Numbered from the stretch's first letter, positions 23,588 to 33,958 are shown. The stretch: 64,000 bases of DNA from Candidatus Latescibacterota bacterium (GCA_965203175.1 OZ241867.1:1760001-1824000); one strand, 5' to 3'. Translations and numbers: made by a program. Notes: generated by a model from the letters alone, not told the origin.

Positions 23588-24589
23588 CTATAGTACTTTC
23601 CAATTGGAAGAATCGCGAGATGCTTCTAGGATAGCAAGATTACACTCGAGGGTATGGCGCGCTTCGGATAGGCCACAGGGCATTTCACCCTTGCCGTCGA
23701 TGGCGTCAAAAAAACAGTTCGCTTGGGATATAAACGCATGGTCGCGCTCAAAATCTGGCCAAGACTCTTCCTGCCACTCGGTTTCAGGTTCCATCATCCA
23801 GCGCATGCGATTAGAGTGAATTTCAGATTGCAACGTACCGCGTTCACAGACCACGGTGATCACTCCTTCATCAGGGGCTTGATATTGATTCATGCTGAAG
23901 CAGGCGAGCGCGTCGCCATGACGGGTTAAGACGTTGACGGTGTCTTCGACTTCAACTCCTGCCAAAACTTGATGCGCGCAGTCGGCAACCAAGCGGTCGA
24001 CTGGTCCAGCAAGCCAACTTACGAAATTGATAAGATGTGTTAGCCCATCCTGAATAGCGCCACCTCCCGTGGCGTGACTGGCGTAGTAAATTTCTCTGTA
24101 AGCGGGTCGGTAGGTGGGAAAGTGTTGGCCTCTAACAACAGTAATGTGCAAGGGCCGCCCAAAGCGTCCACTGTCGAAGGCTTTCTTCATCGCCGAAAGC
24201 ACGGGGATGTGGCGCAAGACATAAGCGACTCCAGCAACGAGCTTCCGCTCCCTGATAGTTCTATCGAGACGATCAATCCCATCTATACTTATAGACAATG
24301 GTTTCTCGATCAATAGATGTAGGCCAGACTCTGCTGCTTGTTGCGCCATGGGAATATGTAGGTGCGCGGGTGTTGCGATCACAATAGCGTCATGTCCTAC
24401 TTCGAGAGCCAATGTAAGATCGGCATAGCTATTTTCGATGTTATAATTCTCTGCTACTTTTTCACGCAGATTGTCGTTGATCTCACAAATTGAAACCTCT
24501 GCGCGATGTGTTGCGAGTATACAACGCGTATGACGTTCACCTATTGAACCCGTGCCGACGACGAGCACCTTTTTTTTGGCTGCTGCCAT
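23588..24589 (-). CDS. Gfo/Idh/MocA oxidoreductase
   Basis: VGTGSIG, IEKPL, GGGAIQD..H. Confidence 0.9.
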   Translation of the reverse strand: MAAAKKKVLVVGTGSIGERHTRCILATHRAEVSICEINDNLREKVAENYNIENSYADLTLALEVGHDAIVIATPAHLHIPMAQQAAESGLHLLIEKPLSISIDGIDRLDRTIRERKLVAGVAYVLRHIPVLSAMKKAFDSGRFGRPLHITVVRGQHFPTYRPAYREIYYASHATGGGAIQDGLTHLINFVSWLAGPVDRLVADCAHQVLAGVEVEDTVNVLTRHGDALACFSMNQYQAPDEGVITVVCERGTLQSEIHSNRMRWMMEPETEWQEESWPDFERDHAFISQANCFFDAIDGKGEMPCGLSEARHTLECNLAILEASRDSSNWKVL

Positions 24590-24610
24590 AAATCAGTTAC
24601 TCCAAAACCG

Positions 24611-25576
24611 TTAAATCCTTATCCCAAACGCAGCCTCAAAATCCTGCCACACCGCTTCGGGTACCTCAGTCGTGGCGCTGGCATATACCTCGGCTAATTC
24701 CCTGCGGTTGGAGGGTCCGACGAGGATTATGCCATTGCCTGCAACCGGCGCATTGAGCGCGAACTGCATGGCCAGATCCCGGATGTTCAACCCCCGTTCT
24801 TGGCACCATTGCCACATCTGGTGTGCGCGCGGCACCACCGCGGGGTCGTCCGGCCCACCGATGGCCGCCGGTATGAGATTCCCGTCTTGATCTAGGGACT
24901 GCTTTTCTTTCACGCGCTGGGGTTCTGGACCGGCCAGCAGTGAGCCGACCAATACTCTGCCCATAATGATTCCTACATCGCGTTCCAGCGCCAGGGGAAT
25001 GGTCGTTTTGGCGAGGGACTGGTTCAGCAAGCTGTAATCCAAAAACGACAACACAATGTCTATGGTGCCTGTTTCAATCGCCTGCTGATGAAATTCGTGC
25101 TGTCGCACGGCGATGCCAAGGTGACCGATGCGTCCCTGCTCTTTCCAGTCGATTAACACATCCAAACAGGCCCCCGGCACCAACAGTGGTTCCATGTCGT
25201 AGCGCGGGCCGTGAATCAACACGGAATCCACATAGTCCGTCTGAAGCTGTTTGAAGCTGTTTTCCAAACTCCACAAGGTCGCTTCTTGTGAAAAATCGTG
25301 AAAAAAGCGCGGATGAGATCCCACCTTGGTTTGGAGATACACTTTCTCTCGCCATCCACCTGCCAAGGCCAAACCGATGCAGCGCTCGCTCTCGCCATCG
25401 CCGTATGGCGGAGCCGTATCGATAAAATTGATGCCCCGCTCAATGGCCTCCCGAATCGTCGCCGTGGCTTCCCCCTCTGACATCAGTTCGGGAAGGCCCA
25501 GATAGCCGCCGCCCAATCCTAACGCCTTCGGTTTCATCTCTGTACGCCCCAAACGTCGAACTTCTAGATCTACCAT
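24611..25576 (-). CDS. Aldo/keto reductase
   Basis: GINFIDTAPPYG, TKVG, LQTDYVD..IH. Confidence 0.9.
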   Translation of the reverse strand: MVDLEVRRLGRTEMKPKALGLGGGYLGLPELMSEGEATATIREAIERGINFIDTAPPYGDGESERCIGLALAGGWREKVYLQTKVGSHPRFFHDFSQEATLWSLENSFKQLQTDYVDSVLIHGPRYDMEPLLVPGACLDVLIDWKEQGRIGHLGIAVRQHEFHQQAIETGTIDIVLSFLDYSLLNQSLAKTTIPLALERDVGIIMGRVLVGSLLAGPEPQRVKEKQSLDQDGNLIPAAIGGPDDPAVVPRAHQMWQWCQERGLNIRDLAMQFALNAPVAGNGIILVGPSNRRELAEVYASATTEVPEAVWQDFEAAFGIRI

Positions 25577-25611
25577 TTTGATCTCCCCAATTGAATTTTA
25601 AAACCCCTCCC

Positions 25612-26220
25612 TCACAGGATCTCCCTGCCGAAGTCGGCATAGGTCCCTGCGGTGGAAAGCCTGATCGGGGCGTTGGCTCCGTCTAGCTCGGTTGCCACAG
25701 AATCCAGCGCTGCGAAATCGGGGATGGTCCAAACGGCCAGGCCGCCGGGTTCGGGAGCTAGCTTCCCGATTCGCTGGACGAGGAGATTGAGGGTAAACTC
25801 GGGATGCTGTTTTGCCCGGCTCTCGTAGAAGCTCCTAACGGCATCCGTAGTGTCGTGGGCAGCGAAAAACTCGGCGTAGTAGGTACCGTTGCGGGCCGGG
25901 ACCGGCTCGAGCAGCGGATCGTAGCAGCCGGCCACGTCGATCCGCGCGACCTGAAAGAACGGCTGTTCTAGGGCGTCCGCCTCGCCGCTGCGAAAAATCC
26001 GGTCCCACGCGTCGATCCGGTCCAGGCCGGCGTTCCGCGTGTGCCAGACCGTCATGTAGCCCGGGTCGGGACCCAATCGCCACGTGCGACCGACGGACAG
26101 AACCAACTCGTCCTCATACCCACTGTCCCATCCCTCTTGGCCCTGTGCGGCCTGCGCGCGAAACGTCTCCAGATCGATGCCCGGCAGACGGCTGATGTAT
26201 TCGATGTACACAAGTCCCAT
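25612..26220 (-). CDS. Hypothetical protein
   Basis: 202-aa ORF within a minus-strand operon. Confidence 0.65.
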   Translation of the reverse strand: MGLVYIEYISRLPGIDLETFRAQAAQGQEGWDSGYEDELVLSVGRTWRLGPDPGYMTVWHTRNAGLDRIDAWDRIFRSGEADALEQPFFQVARIDVAGCYDPLLEPVPARNGTYYAEFFAAHDTTDAVRSFYESRAKQHPEFTLNLLVQRIGKLAPEPGGLAVWTIPDFAALDSVATELDGANAPIRLSTAGTYADFGREIL

Positions 26221-26225
26221 AGCGT

Positions 26226-27293
26226 TCAGACTCCTTCCACAGCGACCTCTTGCCCGGACGCCGCCGAGGCATAGAGCGCGTCCATGAGCCGCTGAATTCG
26301 CACGATCTCCTCGCCCGCAACAGGAGACATCTCACCCTCGCGGACGGCGCGCAGAAAATCGTTGATCAGCCGCCTCATATCGTAGTCGCAAGGCTGCAAC
26401 GCGCCCTTGGCGGGGGTCTCCTCGCGCCACGATCGTCCGTCGTCGGTCCAGATTCTGAGTGGTGAGATGGACGCGGCACCCCGGTCGCCGAGAAAGGTCC
26501 AGCCTTCGCGTCTGTCAGAGGGCGCCTGAAGAAAATCCGCTTCCACCGTCAGGATGGTATTTCCGGACAGCCGAACGAAGCCGGCACCAAAGTCCTCGAA
26601 ATCCGGATCGAGCGACGCCGGATCGATGTCGTCTCGTAGGGATCCAGCCGCCGCCGGGTAAGTGGAGACCCGCTGATGGCAGAACGCGCTGGCGGTCAGC
26701 GGTTCGGGATTGCCAAGCAGCCAGAGCGCGAGGTCGAGGTTGTGGATCGTCCAGTGCGCTAGAACGCCGCCGCCGTTCGCTCCACGCGACCGGTGCGCTC
26801 TCCCCGGCAGTCCGTAGGCACTCCCTCCCCACGTTCGCACGGCGTGTACGCGACCGAGTGCGCCGTCTGCGATGCGGTCTCTCAGGTACCGGGATTCGTC
26901 CCAGGTTCGGTATTCAAAGCAGATGCTCAGCAGTCGATTATTCGCTTCCGCGGCGTGGACCATGTCCCGGGCCTCGCCCGCATCCAGCGCCACGGGCTTC
27001 TCGCACAGGACGTGACATCCCGCCTCTAGGCACATCACCGCGAGGTTGCGATGGCTCGAGGGCAGCGTGGCGATGCTCACGACATCGGGCCTAGTCTTTT
27101 CGAGCATCTCTTCCGCATCCTGAAATCCGGCGACTGCAAACTGCTTTCCAGTCTGCGATACCCGTTCGGGCTCCAGATCGCATACGCCCACCAGCGAGCA
27201 AACCCCGGCCTCTGCTGCCTCCCGGTAGGCCGGCAGATGTTGTGAGGTTGCGATCTGGCCGCACCCGATCACGGCGACTTTCGTCGGACTCAT
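26226..27293 (-). CDS. Gfo/Idh/MocA oxidoreductase
   Basis: IGCGQIA, LCEKP, GGGVL; RBS GAGGAG before ATG 27293. Confidence 0.88.
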   Translation of the reverse strand: MSPTKVAVIGCGQIATSQHLPAYREAAEAGVCSLVGVCDLEPERVSQTGKQFAVAGFQDAEEMLEKTRPDVVSIATLPSSHRNLAVMCLEAGCHVLCEKPVALDAGEARDMVHAAEANNRLLSICFEYRTWDESRYLRDRIADGALGRVHAVRTWGGSAYGLPGRAHRSRGANGGGVLAHWTIHNLDLALWLLGNPEPLTASAFCHQRVSTYPAAAGSLRDDIDPASLDPDFEDFGAGFVRLSGNTILTVEADFLQAPSDRREGWTFLGDRGAASISPLRIWTDDGRSWREETPAKGALQPCDYDMRRLINDFLRAVREGEMSPVAGEEIVRIQRLMDALYASAASGQEVAVEGV

Positions 27294-27449
27294 GAGCTCC
27301 TCGTCACATCGCTTGAATAAATCGAACCAAGTCACTTGGATCTCGGCACCGCTTGCAAGTCGCCGCTGCTCGCGACGCCTATCTGGATTGTATTCCGTTA
27401 CCAGCGTCTCATACAGATCGAAGAGAACGGCTTTCATGTCCTCGGGCAA
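27294..27449 (-). pseudogene. 5' stub of a HAD-family hydrolase
   Basis: MKAVLFDLYETLV HAD motif I, then loses homology. Confidence 0.55.
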
Positions 27450-27465
27450 ACCCGTCTAGTCCACG

Positions 27466-28248
27466 TCATCTTTTTTTGGCAATTTCAGCGATGGTAGCGC
27501 CGGTTATTTTGACGGTGTGGGTGTCCACTCGCTCAACGTCCTCGCGGGCCGCTTTGGCCTCGGCACTAGCAGCGGACTGATATTCGGTCACGAAAACATA
27601 CGGGGATTGGATGGTATAAGGTTCGATTTCCCCGATCCGCCCCATCGCCTTGCGAGCGCCCTCGCGGATCAAGTCCCGAGCTTTAGTGGGAGAGAGGGTG
27701 AGAGCACCCGTGCGGCTGAGCCCCTCTTTCACGACGATGCCTTCAATGTCGGGAACGTAACGCTGGGCCTCGTCCACAGCCGCCCGATCCCCGCTGACAA
27801 AAACCGTGGGCACGCCAACCTCACCGGCATGAGCCATGTTAAAACCAATCTCACCGATCAGTTCTTCGTTCAACCAGCAATTGGCAATGCTGCGAGAGCT
27901 CCAACTGTGACACAGCACGCCATTAGGTGTGTTGTCCATCGCGTGATGGCCATACAAAAACAGCGCCGCAAATGTCAATCCCATCTCCCACGCAGAGCCC
28001 ATAGGACGGCCGAACATCACCCGGGCTTCGCGGTGGATATGTTCGATATTGATTCCACCACTGCCGTGTCCGTCCAGCACGATCGGATCGGTGGCGCCTC
28101 CTTCTAGCGCACCGTCTATGAGGGAGTTGATCTCCAGCGTGGCCAGATATTTGGCTTGTTCATTGTCGCGGCCCCCGTCGTACGTCTGAGTTTCAAAATC
28201 TACGACGCCGGCCGTGCCCTCCAAATCGCACAAAATGAGAATTCTCAT
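27466..28248 (-). CDS. D-aminopeptidase DppA (peptidase M55)
   Basis: DLEGTAGV, DGHGSG, GHHA, HSWSS, VSGD. Confidence 0.88.
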   Translation of the reverse strand: MRILILCDLEGTAGVVDFETQTYDGGRDNEQAKYLATLEINSLIDGALEGGATDPIVLDGHGSGGINIEHIHREARVMFGRPMGSAWEMGLTFAALFLYGHHAMDNTPNGVLCHSWSSRSIANCWLNEELIGEIGFNMAHAGEVGVPTVFVSGDRAAVDEAQRYVPDIEGIVVKEGLSRTGALTLSPTKARDLIREGARKAMGRIGEIEPYTIQSPYVFVTEYQSAASAEAKAAREDVERVDTHTVKITGATIAEIAKKR

Positions 28249-28311
28249 GGAAAGTCTCCTGATGAACTTGACGGGGAGATATTATCAAATTGTATCTTGG
28301 GTAACGCACTC

Positions 28312-28361
28312 ACAAGAAAATACTCACATCCAAACCTGTCCAGATTTAGGAGGTCAGACCC
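28312..28361. repeat. Solitary IS3-family terminal repeat
   Basis: ACAAGAAAATACTCACATCCAAACCTGTCCAG identical to 42298-42329 (left end of the IS3). Confidence 0.75.
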
Positions 28362-28425
28362 CCTCGCCGCTTGCGGCATTGCAGGTTGTTCGCCGGGCCT
28401 AGCGGCTCGTCTCAGAAGGAGGAAA

Positions 28426-30015
28426 ATGATGGCTAAAGAGAGAGTTCTCTCCGGAAAGTGGCAGGGGTTTTTCCCGGGCGACTGGGTGAGACCGAGAAGC
28501 AACCCAGGGACGTGGATGCCGCTGATCGACGTCGCGGAGATCTTTCCTGGCAACAGGAGCGTCTCCCGCCAGGGCGTTTACAATCTGTACGATGCTCCCA
28601 TAGGCGTCGAGCTCAAAATAGAGGAGGCCGCCAAAGCTCCCATAGTATTCGACGGAGAGGCGGAGTGGGAAAAAGGGGGGCTTGCTCCCGGCGATGTGTG
28701 GTGCGAAGATGGTCGCTACCACATGTTCTACCACGCCATGGGACAGGGCACGTGTTACGCCGTCAGCGACGACTGTTACAACTGGACGCGTCCCGAATTG
28801 GGGGAGGTGGAGTACCAGGGCTCGAAGAAGAACAACATCCGCGCAAACCACCCGGAGGGCGGCATTTTTGAGGACCCTTCGGCACCGCCGGAGGAGCGGT
28901 TTAAGGCAATGGGAGCGGGATCTGGATGGTTTGACCCCGATACGTGGGAGAAGCTGGATAAAGAGGAGGCCCAAAAGCGATGGGATGCCATGCACTACGG
29001 GGGTTTGGACTATAAAGGACCCAAGGTGGTGCTGCGGGGGTGGATGGTCGGCTGGACCTCTCCAGACCGCTTCCGTGGTTGGAAGCAGATAGAGGAACCG
29101 CTGGCGGAATACTCCGTAAACGGGGGCATCGTCGCCGGATATGACCAAGAAAGCGGTACGTACTTTGCATACATGCAGCCCCAAGGCTTCGCACCGGAGG
29201 ATCCCCGGGGCATTGGGACCGGCGTCCAGGAGGTTGAGATGGTGCGTCGGGCCAACGGCTTTTGCCGCACGAAAGACTTCAGGCACTGGCCGGCCTCCAA
29301 GCTCGTCATGCACCCCGACGCGCAGGACGACCTGGACATCTCCTTCTACGCTCACAGCTACTTCCCCTATCCGGGGCGCACGGACCTCCACGGCATGCTA
29401 ACGCCCGTCTTTCATCACATGACCGGCCAGATGGACGTGCAGATAGCCTTCAGCCGCGACGGACTTATTTGGTACCGTCCCGAACGCCGGCCCATTGTGA
29501 CCCTGGGGCCTCCGGGAAGCGGAGAAGAGGGAATGATCGGGGCCTCTGGAATCGTGGAGCTGCCCGACGGACACTGGGGCGCCCAATATTGGGGCGAGTC
29601 CGTACTGCACAACGTCAAGGACGAGCACGAAGACACCCTTTTCCCGCAGCGACAACCTAGAAAGATGGGATGGGCCCTGTGGCGGCCGCACCGCTTTTGT
29701 GGCTTTCAAGCGCAGTCCGAGGGGCAGTTCACCATTCCTACCATATACCGTCGCAACGACGAGCTGCGGTTGAATTACCGCTGTCAACCAGGGGGTTGGG
29801 TGAGCGTGGAACTCATGCGCATGATGCCGTCCATGTTTCATGGGGACGTCGACCCTCTCGCAGGGTTCACCTTTGCAGAGTGCGACCGGTTGACGGGCGA
29901 TTCGCTCGACCAGGTGGTAACTTGGCAGGGTAACAGCGACATCTCCAGGGTGGGTGAGATGGTTGCTATCCGGCTGAAGATGTTCCAGGCGAAGCTATTT
30001 GCCTACCAAGTTTAG
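28426..30015 (+). CDS. Hypothetical beta-propeller glycosidase-like protein
   Basis: YHMFY, CYAVSDD..NWTRP, IAFSRDGLIW repeats; RBS AGGAGG. Confidence 0.6.
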   Translation: MMAKERVLSGKWQGFFPGDWVRPRSNPGTWMPLIDVAEIFPGNRSVSRQGVYNLYDAPIGVELKIEEAAKAPIVFDGEAEWEKGGLAPGDVWCEDGRYHMFYHAMGQGTCYAVSDDCYNWTRPELGEVEYQGSKKNNIRANHPEGGIFEDPSAPPEERFKAMGAGSGWFDPDTWEKLDKEEAQKRWDAMHYGGLDYKGPKVVLRGWMVGWTSPDRFRGWKQIEEPLAEYSVNGGIVAGYDQESGTYFAYMQPQGFAPEDPRGIGTGVQEVEMVRRANGFCRTKDFRHWPASKLVMHPDAQDDLDISFYAHSYFPYPGRTDLHGMLTPVFHHMTGQMDVQIAFSRDGLIWYRPERRPIVTLGPPGSGEEGMIGASGIVELPDGHWGAQYWGESVLHNVKDEHEDTLFPQRQPRKMGWALWRPHRFCGFQAQSEGQFTIPTIYRRNDELRLNYRCQPGGWVSVELMRMMPSMFHGDVDPLAGFTFAECDRLTGDSLDQVVTWQGNSDISRVGEMVAIRLKMFQAKLFAYQV

Positions 30016-30189
30016 TTGGAATAAGACCGTACCGCGTCACGTGCAATGCCTTGAAATTTCCTTCTTCGTCAAGATCTTCCGGAGTTCTCTGCATTGAATG
30101 GGGTAAAAAAGCACGGGTGAAGAATTGAGAAGACGAACTTGCCACCGTCGACTAGCACCCGACGGACACTGGAAAATATTGCCGTTAGA

Positions 30190-31215
30190 TCAGGGGTAAG
30201 ACGCAACCTTCTCCAACACCCCGCTCTCAAGGAACTTGTCTAGCATCGGTGCTAACTCGGCGATCTCTGCCGTCAGTTCATGAGGGTCATCGTAGGCTGT
30301 TCGATTGACTCCCTCTATCAAGATGCCTGCGGCAAAGGTATCTATCTGATGGGGATATTGCTCGGGCCAGGATCCGATGTTCTCGTATCCCTGACGGAAC
30401 GCTGCTCTCAATGCTGGGTAAGAGTCTTGGGTGGTATCGTCCATTAGGTCTCTGAACGCCGTTGCGATGTCTTGTACTGGAAATCCCCAGCAGGTGTCCT
30501 CGAAGTCCAGCGGATAGAGAACCCCACGGCATACTTTGATATTATCGTGATGCAGGTCGTTGTGGATCACACGGAGGCCGTTGAGATCTGCGTATAGAGA
30601 TTCGTAGGCTGCATTGACGTTGGCCATTGTCTCCTTGAAGACATCCCTATCTCCGGGGCGAAAGGCCGATAAGAGATGATCGTCGAATAAGATCTCGGGG
30701 CGTCCACGATGGTACGGATTATCTACGCGATGACGAGTAAAGGATGGTGGTGGAACGAACTGCAGAGACCACTCGTGGAGACGAGCGAAAAGGAGTCCCA
30801 TGTTGTGGAGGTTTTCCTCCGTTAGTCGGAGACCCATTCTCGCCCCGGGGAGCCAACTCATGACCATGCAGCGACGTGGCTCAGGAACGCCCTCGGCAAC
30901 GGCCTCAATGATGTAATCGCCGGTCTTCGCTGCGATGGGCAACGGCGTGTTAAAATTACCGTCGCGACTCAAAGCCTGTAGGAATGCCACTTCTGAGATG
31001 AGGTCTAGGTCCGTGCGCCAGCCAGGTTCGCAAACGCGAATGAAATAGGAATCCCCGTCTCTTGTCTTCACTCGGTAGTTCGCATTGGTGAAAGCCTCAA
31101 TCAGATGGACGCTTGCGACTTCCATTGGATAGCGCAATAGCGCGTTCATGGCCAATTGACGTAATCGGCGGGTCTTTCCTCTGTAGCTGAGCTTCTCAAA
31201 GGGCTGCATAGACAT
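30190..31215 (-). CDS. Aminoglycoside phosphotransferase / homoserine kinase type II family
   Basis: IHNDLHHDN, LDFED. Confidence 0.85.
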   Translation of the reverse strand: MSMQPFEKLSYRGKTRRLRQLAMNALLRYPMEVASVHLIEAFTNANYRVKTRDGDSYFIRVCEPGWRTDLDLISEVAFLQALSRDGNFNTPLPIAAKTGDYIIEAVAEGVPEPRRCMVMSWLPGARMGLRLTEENLHNMGLLFARLHEWSLQFVPPPSFTRHRVDNPYHRGRPEILFDDHLLSAFRPGDRDVFKETMANVNAAYESLYADLNGLRVIHNDLHHDNIKVCRGVLYPLDFEDTCWGFPVQDIATAFRDLMDDTTQDSYPALRAAFRQGYENIGSWPEQYPHQIDTFAAGILIEGVNRTAYDDPHELTAEIAELAPMLDKFLESGVLEKVASYP

Positions 31216-31252
31216 GATTGTTTGCCTGAGACCTATTACCTGAATGTGGACA

Positions 31253-32206
31253 TTAGACGTCCAATTGATCCAGTAGCGGAGCTGCCATACCCGCGTCCCA
31301 ACCAAATGGAGTTGGCCCCCCGTACGCCGCCAAGATATCCAGTAATCGACCGAGTGAGTGCAGAGCGAGAATCTTCTGCTGCCCCTCGTCCAATACACCG
31401 TACTCCTGCCAGAAGGTGTCTGCAAGTCCAGGGCCTCTGAGGAACACGCTAAGCACTAAATCCCGCGCATCTGTGAACGGCGGGGCCTGAGTCACATAGT
31501 CGAAGTCGAGGACAGACAGGACCTTCAGCGATGCCGGATCTACCCTCAGGTTGTGCAACTGAAAGTCGTAGTGCACGAGCGAGAGTTGACCCGCATTGCT
31601 CAGTGATGCGGCGCGTCGATCCCATGCACACTCAACTCTCTTAAGCGTTCTCCCATTGAACCAGCCTTGTTGGCGCAGCGCTTGAATACATCTACGGTGC
31701 CGATCGATTTCAGTTGCGGCCCAGGCTGAAGCGTCAGTCGGGCCGGGTGCCTCTATCCCGGAGGTGTGTAGGATGAGCATGATCTGAGCACACTCAGCCA
31801 AGAGACGCTGCTTCTGCTCAACAGATAGGGTGCGCCATAGAACGTCCCCATCCTCGCCGTCGATGTACTCGAGCACTGCGTAAGGGTAGGGGATTAAGTC
31901 GTCACCGCTACTAATACAGAGCCACCCAGGGGTCGGGACGCCCGTCTCACGATGGATGCGACTCACCGTACTCACGTGCAGCTCCATCACTTCAGGACCT
32001 GATGGGCGGACCCAAATTTTGCAGATCAACGGGTTCTTCTGGTCGAAGTCCAGACGGAATAGAGCATTCACCTCCCCACGCTTGAGACGCACAATGCGCT
32101 TGGGACGGGGAAGACCGTGGCGATCACAAACCTCGCGCGCGACGCGAACAGGGACTCGATAGCGGCGGAACGCACCGTAGTCGAGGATGGGATCAGCAGG
32201 GGACAT
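31253..32206 (-). CDS. Aminoglycoside phosphotransferase family
   Basis: VHYDFQLHN, VLDFD. Confidence 0.8.
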   Translation of the reverse strand: MSPADPILDYGAFRRYRVPVRVAREVCDRHGLPRPKRIVRLKRGEVNALFRLDFDQKNPLICKIWVRPSGPEVMELHVSTVSRIHRETGVPTPGWLCISSGDDLIPYPYAVLEYIDGEDGDVLWRTLSVEQKQRLLAECAQIMLILHTSGIEAPGPTDASAWAATEIDRHRRCIQALRQQGWFNGRTLKRVECAWDRRAASLSNAGQLSLVHYDFQLHNLRVDPASLKVLSVLDFDYVTQAPPFTDARDLVLSVFLRGPGLADTFWQEYGVLDEGQQKILALHSLGRLLDILAAYGGPTPFGWDAGMAAPLLDQLDV

Positions 32207-32347
32207 CTCTACCTAAAGAATGATATTTCTCATCTTCGAATACAATCCACTAATGAAGATACTCCTTGAACCAATTCAGGATATCTAGTTTCTGATCCTC
32301 AACGAGAATAAGGAACGAGGAAACTCTTAAATCTATTGATTGAATAA

Positions 32348-32599
32348 TCAGCTCGCTGCGTGCAATTCCTCGCGCAAAACTCGACGCAGGGTTTCCTCAT
32401 CAACAGGAGGCTTCTTCTTTGCAAGGTAATCTCTCAGTGCCTCGTTGATCATTGTTTGATAACCTGTCCCCGCCTCTTCTGAAAATGCACGAAAGGCACC
32501 CAGTACGTCGTTATCTACATACATGGTAATTCGCGTTTTGCCCTTTTGCGGGACTACTGCCCCGCGTCTCCCACGGCTGAAATCATATTCCTGTTTCAT
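32348..32599 (-). CDS. BrnA-type antitoxin
   Basis: MKQEYDFSRGRRG..KTRITMYVD..GYQTMINEALR. Confidence 0.85.
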   Translation of the reverse strand: MKQEYDFSRGRRGAVVPQKGKTRITMYVDNDVLGAFRAFSEEAGTGYQTMINEALRDYLAKKKPPVDEETLRRVLREELHAAS

Positions 32600-32703
32600 A
32601 AGTCTTCCTTTCTCCCCGAGTCGCTGGTCTCGCCGAAATTATCCTTATGGTTTCTTCGTAAACTGCGTATACTACCACGAGGGTCCGCCCCAAGGCATCC
32701 AGG
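32583..32703 (-). pseudogene. BrnT toxin 3' remnant
   Basis: Translates LDALGRTLVVVYAVYEETIRIISARPATRGERKTYETGI*; 5' part missing. Confidence 0.8.
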
Positions 32704-32735
32704 TGAGTATGGCATTACGTCTGTAAAGGCAAGCT

Positions 32736-33299
32736 ATGTTAACAGTTGGCTGGACAACGCGGGATCTGGACGCAGATCCTTTGCACTTACGTCCCATCCG
32801 CGACGAAAACCTTGAGTTCATCCTCGGCCTGTATCAGGACTGGCAAGTTGCACAGCACTTGAATCGGATCACCGTTCCCTTCACCTATCAGAAAGCTCGC
32901 GAGCTACTAGATACCGCCCTACGGGAAGCAGCAGACTCGGTGACGGCGACCTTCGTTGCGCATCGAGACCGTGAACCAGTTGGGCTGTGCCTTCTCCATC
33001 ATGGACAGGACGATCAAGCCGCACGAATCGGAGTGGTCGGCTACTCAGTCATGCCTCGACATTGGGGACAGGGATACGCGACCCGTATGGTTCAAGCGCT
33101 CGTCGAACATGCGGTCAACAATGGATTCCTGTCGCTGCAGGCCTCCCTTCATATGGGGAATGTGGCCTCGCGCCGCGTTCTTGAGAAGAACGGCTTCTTG
33201 CTCTCTGAGTGCGGCTTCATGGAGGAGTCGCTGCATAGCCCTCCAAAGGAGCACGCGAAGTACACCCTGCAGCTCTTACCCCTGCCAAAGAAGACCTAG
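32736..33299 (+). CDS. GNAT acetyltransferase (RimJ/RimL)
   Basis: WGQGYAT, NVASRRVLEKNGF. Confidence 0.85.
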   Translation: MLTVGWTTRDLDADPLHLRPIRDENLEFILGLYQDWQVAQHLNRITVPFTYQKARELLDTALREAADSVTATFVAHRDREPVGLCLLHHGQDDQAARIGVVGYSVMPRHWGQGYATRMVQALVEHAVNNGFLSLQASLHMGNVASRRVLEKNGFLLSECGFMEESLHSPPKEHAKYTLQLLPLPKKT

Positions 33300-33409
33300 G
33301 CCGGCAGGGCAATTGATTTGGCAATTAAGAGTGTCGGCACGATGCTCTCTCGGCGCTTCGCGGTCGCTTCTAAAACAGGGGCAATCAGATTCTATTAGCT
33401 TATGGGTGC

Positions 33410-33829
33410 TCATAGCTTCATTCCCCTGTCATACGACACTGAAAATCCCCCGGCTTGCAGTGCTCTTAGTGAAGGTTGTAAGTCATCTTCACGAACCAAG
33501 AAAGCATCAGTAGTGAATGCGGAAATTGCCATGACACTTATGCCGGCGTCTTTGAGAATCTCGGTGATCCTATAGATCACCCCGATCATGTCGAACGTCA
33601 AAGGCTCGTCGATGAGGAAAACCCGCCATCCGTGTGAACTGTCGATCACCAAGGAGTCATCGGGCATTCCCCCACCTTCACAAATGATCGTCCACTCTCC
33701 TGCTAGGCGTGTTAACGAAAAAAAACCATTTCCAGTTCTATTAACTATCTCTGGCAATCCGGGACGGTCTTTGACCTTTAAAATTGAATAAATCCCGGAC
33801 AGAACTTTGATCGATAAGTGCTGTTCCAT
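33410..33829 (-). CDS. ACT domain protein
   Basis: FFSLTR..EWTII, LTFDMIGVI, ISVMAISAFTTD. Confidence 0.8.
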   Translation of the reverse strand: MEQHLSIKVLSGIYSILKVKDRPGLPEIVNRTGNGFFSLTRLAGEWTIICEGGGMPDDSLVIDSSHGWRVFLIDEPLTFDMIGVIYRITEILKDAGISVMAISAFTTDAFLVREDDLQPSLRALQAGGFSVSYDRGMKL

Positions 33830-33901
33830 CTAATGTCCATTTCAATAACGTATCACAATTTGCGAACCGAGAAGCGGTCCGAGGACCAAGGAGCTAAAGC
33901 G

Positions 33902-33947
33902 ACGCACCGTAGTCGAGGATGGGATCAGCAGGAGACATCTCTACCTA
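33902..33947 (-). repeat. Duplicate of APH gene 5' end
   Basis: 45/46 identical to 32170-32215. Confidence 0.9.
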
Positions 33948-33958
33948 TGGGAGGGAGT

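Noticed and set aside
30190-32206. APH genes as true antibiotic-resistance determinants
   Set aside because: Only family-level kinase motifs; no resemblance to a named resistance gene
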